Below the pieces are notes generated by a model. That model had not been told where the DNA came from and ran no database searches. It worked only from the letters and a program-made list of their open reading frames with translations. The position numbers and the translations under genes are program-made. From Vicinamibacterales bacterium (GTDB lineage Bacteria > Acidobacteriota > Vicinamibacteria > Vicinamibacterales > UBA8438), in NCBI GenBank assembly GCA_965247955.1, contig OZ252042.1, forward strand, positions 608,802-672,801: 64,000 nt of DNA, in the 5' to 3' direction. Of the stretch, positions 9,783 through 17,352 are shown piece after piece; the stretch's first letter is position 1, and each line of letters starts with the position of its first letter.

Positions 9783-11138
9783 CTATGCGCCAGTACCGGG
9801 TGATCCGGTGATCGGAGTGGATTTACGAATGGATCCCAATGAACTCAGCACGGCCGGCACCGGTTCTTTGTCCCGCTCTCGGTAGATCAGCTCGAGCGCA
9901 GCAAACAACTCACGCTGACGAGTCTCATGCTTGGTAGCACCGATCTTTCCGGTTTCTCGCTGCTTCTCGATCCTAACTAGGTCAGCAAGAAGCTTTTCCT
10001 TGCGAGCCTCGAGCGACTGACGGCGATCCGAGGTCTTATGAGTCTTTGCTGACGCAGCCGCGCCCCATGCGCCGACCGTCAGGATGACCATCGCCAGAGC
10101 CAATGTAAGGTTGATTGGCACCCGACTATGATGCGGCAACCCGGTTAATTCAAACGTGAATGTGCTACCTGCCACCACGCGTGGTCCAGCTGCAAAGATG
10201 TAGGTCGTGTCGTCCAGGTTATCCTCCATCCGTCGGGTAATAAGATCCGATGTCACGTCCATCGTCCCCCATTTCTGCACCATTAACAGAAATGCCTCGA
10301 GGTCAGCCGGTACTCGTTGGGACACTGTAACCGTCCCTGTGTTGTACGGCAGGATATACGCCACACGAAGCGGGGTCACCCCTAGTTGAAAAGGACCAGG
10401 CAGCACCAACTGTAGGCCGTCGACCATCGTCCGTGGTGACGAGTCCTGAAGAACACTAACTGAAACGGTGCCGTGTGGCATGTTAAACATGATCGGCTCA
10501 TGAGGCTCGACCGGCGTGTCGCCCGTGTTGACGACGTCAAAGATGTAGTAAACCTCAACCGTCTCCTCACCCAATTCGACAATGATCCGCGAGTTGCTGC
10601 CGAACGTAACCAGGCCAGACTTCGCGGGAACAGCAGGCATCAATGAGTCGCTGGCAATCGCGCCGACCAGCATCACTCGAACGCCACCGCGGCCAGGAAT
10701 GCTGAAACGTTGCGACTCGAGCCGCTGTCCGTTGAGCTCAGTGACTGCATACACCTGGGCACCTGGAGTCAGCGTCAAAAACGTAGCGCGGCCATCGGCA
10801 TCGGTATTCGCCGTCACGACATAGTCGCCTTGGTGCAGATCGACCGGCTGGTCCGGAACGTTATTGTCTAGCGAACCGATGACCACGCGGACCGTGATCG
10901 TGCCGTCGGCGAGCTCAGGACTTGGCAGCGGCAAACCAGACATTTGCCGTGGATCAGGTTGGGCAACGACAGCCACCTCGCAAAGGATGACCAACAAAGA
11001 CGACAACAATACGCGTAGGCTGAGGTTTAAAAATTTTCGAGTGCATGGATCCAAGGTTCGCGGATGCGGTTCTGGCACCATTGGTTCAATAAAGGTCCAT
11101 CGCTCAATCACCAGTGCCTCCTCTAACCCTGCAACCAT
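9783..11138 (-). CDS. membrane-anchored protein: signal peptide, carboxypeptidase-regulatory-like beta-sandwich domain(s), one TM helix, cytoplasmic coiled-coil tail
   Basis: The ATG at 11138 is preceded by AGAGG. The segment TITVRVV...VDLHQGDYVVTANTDADGRATFLTLTPG is CarboxypepD_reg-like. A TM helix (INLTLALAMVILTVGAWGAAA) is followed by LEARKEKLLADLVRIEKQRETGKI. The gene is embedded in the ccm operon. Confidence 0.7.
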   Translation of the reverse strand: MVAGLEEALVIERWTFIEPMVPEPHPRTLDPCTRKFLNLSLRVLLSSLLVILCEVAVVAQPDPRQMSGLPLPSPELADGTITVRVVIGSLDNNVPDQPVDLHQGDYVVTANTDADGRATFLTLTPGAQVYAVTELNGQRLESQRFSIPGRGGVRVMLVGAIASDSLMPAVPAKSGLVTFGSNSRIIVELGEETVEVYYIFDVVNTGDTPVEPHEPIMFNMPHGTVSVSVLQDSSPRTMVDGLQLVLPGPFQLGVTPLRVAYILPYNTGTVTVSQRVPADLEAFLLMVQKWGTMDVTSDLITRRMEDNLDDTTYIFAAGPRVVAGSTFTFELTGLPHHSRVPINLTLALAMVILTVGAWGAAASAKTHKTSDRRQSLEARKEKLLADLVRIEKQRETGKIGATKHETRQRELFAALELIYRERDKEPVPAVLSSLGSIRKSTPITGSPGTGA

Positions 11139-11159
11139 GGAACCTCTGAACGCTTGAGC

Positions 11160-11750
11160 CTAAGTAAGTTCGTTCCCACATTTCTTGCAAAACCTCGCGT
11201 CGCATTCGTTGCTCGTACCGCATCCGTCGCACAAAGGGCGCATCGCTTCCAGACGTTCAACCGGCTCCTGGCCCTGCGGAGGTGGCGTAGCTCCTCGCTC
11301 CAACAGCTCACTCAAGTCACGCGCGATAATTTCACGATACCCAGACTTATTAAAATCGAGCTGACGCATCAATTTAAGAGCCCTCGAGCGGAGTCGTCCC
11401 CCCATCTCCTCAAAATCAGCGTCTGAGACCTTTCCCATCGCGTGATCGAACTCGAGCTCTTTGATCGAACGGAGCACAAGCGTCTTCTCACGTTCGAGCG
11501 CCGCACGCGTTCGCCCACCGATCATCTTGGTCCGATTCTGGAACTCGCGGGTGGTGAGCGGCCAGATCATGCAGTAGAATGCGAAGCCAACTCCTCCAGC
11601 GGCACCGATGGCGGCTACGAGCAAAACAAGTGCGGCAGGGTCGCCTGGGCGAACAACCACGACGCCGACAGTAGCGGCCACGAGACCGACCAGAACGAAC
11701 AAATGCCAGGGACGGAAGGTGATTTCAGTCGAGGTTGCGGAGCTCATCAT
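11160..11750 (-). CDS. two-TM membrane protein with a CcmI-N-like coiled coil and a C-terminal zinc ribbon
   Basis: Two TM helices are followed by LEREKTLVLRSIKELEFDHAMGKVSDADFEEM and a C-terminal CDGCG...CDARFCKKCG (CxxC...CxxC). The start (ATG at 11750 or 11747) overlaps the 3' end of ccmF. Confidence 0.65.
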   Translation of the reverse strand: MMSSATSTEITFRPWHLFVLVGLVAATVGVVVVRPGDPAALVLLVAAIGAAGGVGFAFYCMIWPLTTREFQNRTKMIGGRTRAALEREKTLVLRSIKELEFDHAMGKVSDADFEEMGGRLRSRALKLMRQLDFNKSGYREIIARDLSELLERGATPPPQGQEPVERLEAMRPLCDGCGTSNECDARFCKKCGNELT

Positions 11751-14280
11751 CCAAGCGGGCCTCAAGCTTCGCGTCCACTGGGTCCACTAAAGACGTCGCC
11801 TGGAGGCCCTCGGTTTCGTCACGGCGCGACCAACGGACGGCAATCACGCCAATTGCGATCAAAAAGCTTCCACCCACCAGATAGGGGAAGAGCCACGCCA
11901 GGCGGTTGAAGCCTTCGTCGAGCGGAGCGCCAAGAGGCTCCTGGCTCCCAAATGTGTTAATGAAATACCTTAGGATCTGATTTTTCGTCTTACCCTGCGC
12001 GATTTGCTCCTTAAGCTGACCGCGCATATACGCGGCACCGGCCGAGACAACCTCACGCCGACCGTCCGAGGTTGTTCTCCATGTCGGAGGCGCGGAACAT
12101 CGGCAGTCTGCCAATGTGTAGTGAGGACAGGTCCCGCAGACACAGACCAGCTCCCGTTGTAACTCACGTTCCAGCTCTGAGTCGACCGCGTACGACTCTG
12201 GAGTCGCTAGAACATTTCGGTCCTCAAGTTCCTGCGCACGCGCCGACGTGGCCAACCCACCGAGCGCCAGCGTCAGAAGAAAGACGGACGTCGTCGCCGT
12301 GCGTACGGCCTCTGGTGTCTTGGCCTTTAGGAACACGAAGGACTTTTCCGGCAGGAGCGCGATGCCAGTGCCGAACGCCAGAAAGGCAAAGCCGATCCAC
12401 ATCCAGTTCAGCAATGGGTTTACTGTAACCTGGAAGCTGGCAGATTGATCGCCAAGCTCGTACGCCGCCAGTACGACGTAGAGATCCTCGGACAGCGTCC
12501 GCCGGATGGCAACCTCCGTGGTCGGCTCGGTTTCGTGTTTCCGGTAAAACCAGCGACCCGGATAAAGTTGGCCGACCTGCTCCCCGTCCTTGAAGGCGGT
12601 CAAGTGCGCTGTGACCATCTGCTTGCGGCCGTCGTCAGTCTCGCTCAACCGGTCGTAGCGTACGGCAAAACGGCCTACCTCGACCTGTTCCCCGATGCCG
12701 AGCAGCACCTGTTCGCTCTGCTTGTAGCCGGAACCGGCAAAGCCGAGGAACATCAGAACAATTCCTGCGTGCACAATGTAGCCACCGTAGCTGTGACGGG
12801 AGCGCATGACGAGACCGATCATTGCGGTCACGACATCCGTTCCTGTGGCGCTGCGTCGCACGTTAGCACCGCGGATGAACTCTTGTCCGAGTGTTCCAGC
12901 AACGAACGCACACAGCGCGACCGCGATCCCGGAGACCCAAATGCGAAAACCAAGCGTGTACAGCAGTGCCGCACTAGTAAGAGCCAGCGAAACAGGCCAC
13001 ATGAATTGGTATCGTAAATTCGAGAGAGTCGACTTCCGCCAAGCAAGCAGCGGCCCGACCCCGGTCAGAAACAGTAACGTTAACCCAATCGGGATCATCC
13101 ATTTATTGAAGAATGGGGGGCCCACCGTGATCCGCTGCCCCGTTACCAACTCACTTAATGTCGGGAACATCGTGGCGAACAGAATAAAGAACGCTGTAAA
13201 CAGTAGGATCCAGTTGTTCAGCAAAAACGCCGCCTCACGCGATGCCCACGATTCGAGGTCGTTTCGCCCGCGGAGTAATGGCAGACGATAGATGACCCAG
13301 CCGAAGCTGAACACCAACAGCGCCACCATGAAGATACTGAACATCATCGCTAACTCGGGGTCCTCACCGAAGGCATGTACCGACTGCACGACGCCAGAGC
13401 GGGTCATGAATGTGCCGAAAATCGTCAAGAAGAACGTCAGTATGACAAGCGTGATGTTCCAAACCCGAAGCATGTTCCGCCGCTCTTGCACCATCACCGA
13501 GTGCAGGAATGCGGTGGCAGTAAACCACGGCAATGCGCCAGCATTTTCAACTGGATCCCATCCCCATACACCTCCCCACCCGAGCTCCTCGTAGGCCCAA
13601 ATCATTCCGAGCGTCAACCCAAGCGATAAGAAGAACCATGAGAACATCGTCCAGCGACGAACAGCGCGCAACCACGAGTCGTCGAGGTATCCGGTAATGA
13701 GGGCCGCCATGCCGAACGCGAACGGGATGGTCATCCCGACGAACCCGGTGTAAAGCGAAGGCGGGTGGATTGCCATGTACGGATTCTGGAGCAATGGATT
13801 AAGGCCGCGGCCGTCTGTCGGCGCCTGCATAAGGTACGTCTCGAACGGATTCTTGTGAACGATCATCAAGAAGAGAAAGAACATCTGCACAACTGCGATC
13901 ACTGCAACTACATACGGAATCAGTTCACGCTGGCGCTCGCGGTTGGTCTGGACAGCAATCGCGCCGAAGACCGACAACAGGAACACCCAGAACATGATCG
14001 ATCCGTCAAGACCACCCCAATACGACGTCAACTTGTAAAACAGTGGCTGAACCGAGTCAGAGTACCGGTCGACGTAGCGTATTGTGTAATCGTAGGTGAC
14101 GAAGGCATGAACGATGATCGCCGAGGCGAGCGTCATGAGTGCCGTGACGAGATAGAACGCGCCGATGCCACTCTCCGTCATTCGAGATGACTGGCGTTTT
14201 GCACCGGCCACACACGCAGCGGCGGCGTAGGCACAGGCGACGAACGCTGCAAGCAGAGAAAAAGTGCCGAGTGTGGCCAT
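11725..14280 (-). CDS. ccmF: cytochrome c heme lyase CcmF fused to a CcmH-like thiol-redox module
   Basis: The first ~640 aa are a polytopic CcmF with the WGGVWGWDPVENA motif. The C-terminal ~200 aa align to CcmH (ELVCVCGTCPHYTLADC...QGKTKNQILRYFINTFG...TM helix). The ATG at 14280 is preferred over the track TTG at 14283. Confidence 0.9.
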   Translation of the reverse strand: MATLGTFSLLAAFVACAYAAAACVAGAKRQSSRMTESGIGAFYLVTALMTLASAIIVHAFVTYDYTIRYVDRYSDSVQPLFYKLTSYWGGLDGSIMFWVFLLSVFGAIAVQTNRERQRELIPYVVAVIAVVQMFFLFLMIVHKNPFETYLMQAPTDGRGLNPLLQNPYMAIHPPSLYTGFVGMTIPFAFGMAALITGYLDDSWLRAVRRWTMFSWFFLSLGLTLGMIWAYEELGWGGVWGWDPVENAGALPWFTATAFLHSVMVQERRNMLRVWNITLVILTFFLTIFGTFMTRSGVVQSVHAFGEDPELAMMFSIFMVALLVFSFGWVIYRLPLLRGRNDLESWASREAAFLLNNWILLFTAFFILFATMFPTLSELVTGQRITVGPPFFNKWMIPIGLTLLFLTGVGPLLAWRKSTLSNLRYQFMWPVSLALTSAALLYTLGFRIWVSGIAVALCAFVAGTLGQEFIRGANVRRSATGTDVVTAMIGLVMRSRHSYGGYIVHAGIVLMFLGFAGSGYKQSEQVLLGIGEQVEVGRFAVRYDRLSETDDGRKQMVTAHLTAFKDGEQVGQLYPGRWFYRKHETEPTTEVAIRRTLSEDLYVVLAAYELGDQSASFQVTVNPLLNWMWIGFAFLAFGTGIALLPEKSFVFLKAKTPEAVRTATTSVFLLTLALGGLATSARAQELEDRNVLATPESYAVDSELERELQRELVCVCGTCPHYTLADCRCSAPPTWRTTSDGRREVVSAGAAYMRGQLKEQIAQGKTKNQILRYFINTFGSQEPLGAPLDEGFNRLAWLFPYLVGGSFLIAIGVIAVRWSRRDETEGLQATSLVDPVDAKLEARLDDELRNLD

Positions 14281-14430
14281 CAAAGGAACCTGTCGCGCCG
14301 GGCTTCAACCCCGACACCGGCCGTTGGGCGCGATCGACGGATGGTTAATGGCAGCCGGTCGGCGCACCGGCCGGCCTTGAAGTCTACAAACTATCGTGCG
14401 GGGTCTCAGCCCCCGTAACGAGATCCAAGC

Positions 14431-14913
14431 TTAGTGGCTGGCTACGCTGGTCTGGCCTTCACCAGAATTCGTGCCACCCTCGGCAACACTCCCCAGACTT
14501 GGCTTCGGTTCATACTTCGACGGGCACTTTGCCATGATCCCGTTGGCACCCACGATGAAGCGGTCTCCTTTGAAACTTCCAGAGACCACGACTTCGGCGT
14601 GGTTATCAAAGGTGTCTGGAACGATCCCGTTATACTCTGCGTGCACCACGTAGTGATGATTCTCGACGCTGTCGCGAATCTCAAAGCGCCAATCCAGGCT
14701 CCTCGGATGCCTCAAGACGTTGGCCGCATAGCCATGCACTTGCAGCCGCTTGCCCTGCCAAACTTGCGGCTCGACCATCACTTCGTCCACCCTCTTGTAA
14801 TACTGGGTGCCGTCCTGCATAGTCGCCCACATCAGGCAGACAAACGCTCCCGTCAAGACCACGGTCGTCAGCAGAACTTTAAGCGCTTTGTTTGGCACGG
14901 GAGAACCTCTCAC
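14431..14913 (-). CDS. ccmE: heme chaperone CcmE, CxxxY variant
   Basis: It has an N-terminal TM anchor plus an OB-fold region (RLQVHGY..., IVPDTFDNHAEVVVSG). The C-terminal IMAKCPSKYEP aligns to the canonical VLAKHDENYTP. Cys130 is the TGC codon at 14524-14526. Confidence 0.9.
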   Translation of the reverse strand: MRGSPVPNKALKVLLTTVVLTGAFVCLMWATMQDGTQYYKRVDEVMVEPQVWQGKRLQVHGYAANVLRHPRSLDWRFEIRDSVENHHYVVHAEYNGIVPDTFDNHAEVVVSGSFKGDRFIVGANGIMAKCPSKYEPKPSLGSVAEGGTNSGEGQTSVASH

Positions 14914-14943
14914 TTCTAAGCACCCTAAGAATAGCTCCCCTGG

Positions 14944-15519
14944 CTAGCCCTCTGCAAGCTCCCGCAGGAGCCGATCAATAAGCGAAACCGGCAAACCAAC
15001 GACATTCGTATAAGACCCTTCGACTCGTGTTACGAAACGAGACGCTATATCCTGGACTCCGTAAGCCCCGGCCTTATCTAACGGCTCCCCCGTACGAACA
15101 TACCAGTCGATCTCCACATCGCTTAGTTGAGTCAGTGTGACACGTGTCCGCTCGACCGCGCTCACGTGAGCACAGTCAAGGCGAAGGGCCACACCGGTCA
15201 AGACCTCGTGAGTTCGTCCCGCTAGCCGATGTAGCATCGCACCGGCCTCCGCTGGGTCACGGGGTTTCCCGAGTAGGGTATTGTCGATCGTCACGATGGT
15301 ATCAGCCCCGAGCAAGACTCGCCCCTGGTACGTCACTGCCACTGCGTCTACCTTTGCCCCGGCGAGGCGAACCACATAACGTTCAGGGGTTTCACCGTCT
15401 AGCACGCGCTCGTCGATATTCGCCGGCACGACGTCGAATGCATAACCCGCACGTGTCAGTAACTCCGCACGTCGTGGCGACGCTGAAGCGAGAACGAGTC
15501 GAAGTTCGGAGTGATACAC
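14944..15519 (-). CDS. maf: Maf-like nucleoside triphosphate pyrophosphatase
   Basis: LVLASASPRRAELL, GADT.V, KAGAYGIQ-like (KAGAYGVQD) motifs; about 190 aa. Confidence 0.9.
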   Translation of the reverse strand: MYHSELRLVLASASPRRAELLTRAGYAFDVVPANIDERVLDGETPERYVVRLAGAKVDAVAVTYQGRVLLGADTIVTIDNTLLGKPRDPAEAGAMLHRLAGRTHEVLTGVALRLDCAHVSAVERTRVTLTQLSDVEIDWYVRTGEPLDKAGAYGVQDIASRFVTRVEGSYTNVVGLPVSLIDRLLRELAEG

Positions 15520-15665
15520 TTGAAAGAAGGATACAGGAGGAGAACAGGTAGGAAATCGGTAACCTAAAAGAATAAGAGGCTTGCAAAAACCTTAGCGAAA
15601 CGTGAACACCTTAGCATTCCTTATGTACCTCACACTTCCTGGTTCCTGTTCAGAGGACGACAAAA

Positions 15666-15950
15666 GTGATCCGAGCTCAGGTGTGCGCATCAAGAGCCCT
15701 CGGCGAAGTGCTCCGTCGCCAGCCGATGTCAACTTCGAAAATGACGTTCGCATGGCGTGCGTCGGTCGGTGAAACGATGGCACGTGCAACGTTGGTTAAG
15801 CTCGATTCGAGCGGCATCCTAAACGTGCGTGCTGACACGGAACACTGGCGACGTGAGACAGTAAGATCAAGCGGCGTCATTAAGAAACGCCTGGCTAACC
15901 TTCTCGGTAAGGACGTCGTGAAGAACTTGATTGTGTCAAAGAAGTTCTAA
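15666..15950 (+). CDS. DUF721 (DciA-like) protein
   Basis: The pattern LGEVL...W...VGE..A..T..V.L..G.L.V...T..W..E.......I..RL matches DUF721. The start codon is uncertain. Confidence 0.55.
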   Translation: MIRAQVCASRALGEVLRRQPMSTSKMTFAWRASVGETMARATLVKLDSSGILNVRADTEHWRRETVRSSGVIKKRLANLLGKDVVKNLIVSKKF

Positions 15951-16248
15951 GAATTCTCGTCAGTTATCACTAGCACCGGCCGACTACCTATAGGACAGTC
16001 CCTCGGCTCTTTGAGAACCTTGTCCGCCCCTGATCGGCTCGTCCAGTGCGCGAATCTAAACGACACTGCTCTATACGTTGAACTCTAGAGCTTTAACGAA
16101 AGGCGTTGCGACCCTTTACCTGGCCGGAGGTAACGGCGTCGCGCTTGTCGCGGAACGGGTGCAATTCATACTACCGTAAACTTTGGACTCTAGGCTCTCG
16201 GCCAGTGGTTGACCGTCATGACCCAAGAGCTAAACACGCTCCTAGCGT

Positions 16249-17352
16249 CTATCCTTCCATCTTCCAGAAGGCGATCCCACCAGCCTGTTTGCCAACATCA
16301 ACCACCGCCACGCGTTCGGCGGTAGGCACATGATACACCTCCACCGTTCCAGGCTCGCTGCCAACTCCTTCGAGTGTAACAAAGGCATATTTCCCGTCTG
16401 GCGTCATCGTCACGCCGTGTGGAATTGTGCGAGTCGTCTCCACTCTGGCACGCTCCAAGCCCGATGTGAGATCCCAGAAACCAACAGCCGCCCCACCCTT
16501 GTAAGTGACGGCCAATGTCGAACTATCGGCCGTAACATCAATATTGTACGGACCAGGGCCGGTCTCGAATGTCCGGGTCACCCGCCACGACTCGAGATCA
16601 ACTTCGAAGACTTTTGCTACGTTGTTCCCGGTTACGTAGACGCGGCCGTCCACAGTCGGCCGTGTTACCCATGTTGGCTGCACGCCGTCACCAAGCGGTA
16701 ATCGCCGCTCAATCTTAAAACCGAGAGCGTCCATTTCAATCAGCTCGAAGTTCATCATATTGACCGAGTAGAGACGGGTTCCGTCTAGGCTTAATCTCGC
16801 TCCGTGAGGCATGACGCCAGTCAGCACCTGTTCCACCTCGGTCATCGTATTAGTCTCAACTACGGAAATAGTGCTTGGGATCATCGGACCGTGCAGGTTG
16901 AAATTGACAACATACATCAATCCGGTGGCCGCTGAGATGTCGAGCGTAGCCGGAAACATGTCAAGCATGGCATCGCCCACCCACTCGTCAGTTCCGGTCT
17001 TGTATTTGTGAACACTACCAAACGGAAACCCGTGTGCGATCGAAACGTACCAGTATTGACCATCTGGGTCGACGTTGATACCGTGCGGCCCTTCGGTCTC
17101 CGCTGGAAAGTTTCCGACGGAAATCGTCTTGAGCACTTCGACGCCCTTCGGCCCATAGCGTACCAGCGCGACTTGGTCATCCGATTCGGCGCAGACATAA
17201 ACGTAGTAGCTCCGGACCGGAGGATCGGGTGCCTCTCCGAACGTAGAGCCAAAGCCTGGTGCCGCGTCCATAGAAACGGATCCGAGCACCGAGACTACGA
17301 AGAATGTTGCCAGACTCAAAACTCGAAGTACGGAATTCAGAGTGTGAATCAT
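16249..17352 (-). CDS. secreted YVTN/YncE-like beta-propeller protein
   Basis: After a signal peptide from MIHTLNSVLRVLSLATFFV, there are repeated ~40-aa blades containing PHG. The ATG at 17352 overlaps the upstream stop as ATGA. The 38 N-terminal codons in the track ORF look spurious. Confidence 0.75.
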   Translation of the reverse strand: MIHTLNSVLRVLSLATFFVVSVLGSVSMDAAPGFGSTFGEAPDPPVRSYYVYVCAESDDQVALVRYGPKGVEVLKTISVGNFPAETEGPHGINVDPDGQYWYVSIAHGFPFGSVHKYKTGTDEWVGDAMLDMFPATLDISAATGLMYVVNFNLHGPMIPSTISVVETNTMTEVEQVLTGVMPHGARLSLDGTRLYSVNMMNFELIEMDALGFKIERRLPLGDGVQPTWVTRPTVDGRVYVTGNNVAKVFEVDLESWRVTRTFETGPGPYNIDVTADSSTLAVTYKGGAAVGFWDLTSGLERARVETTRTIPHGVTMTPDGKYAFVTLEGVGSEPGTVEVYHVPTAERVAVVDVGKQAGGIAFWKMEG

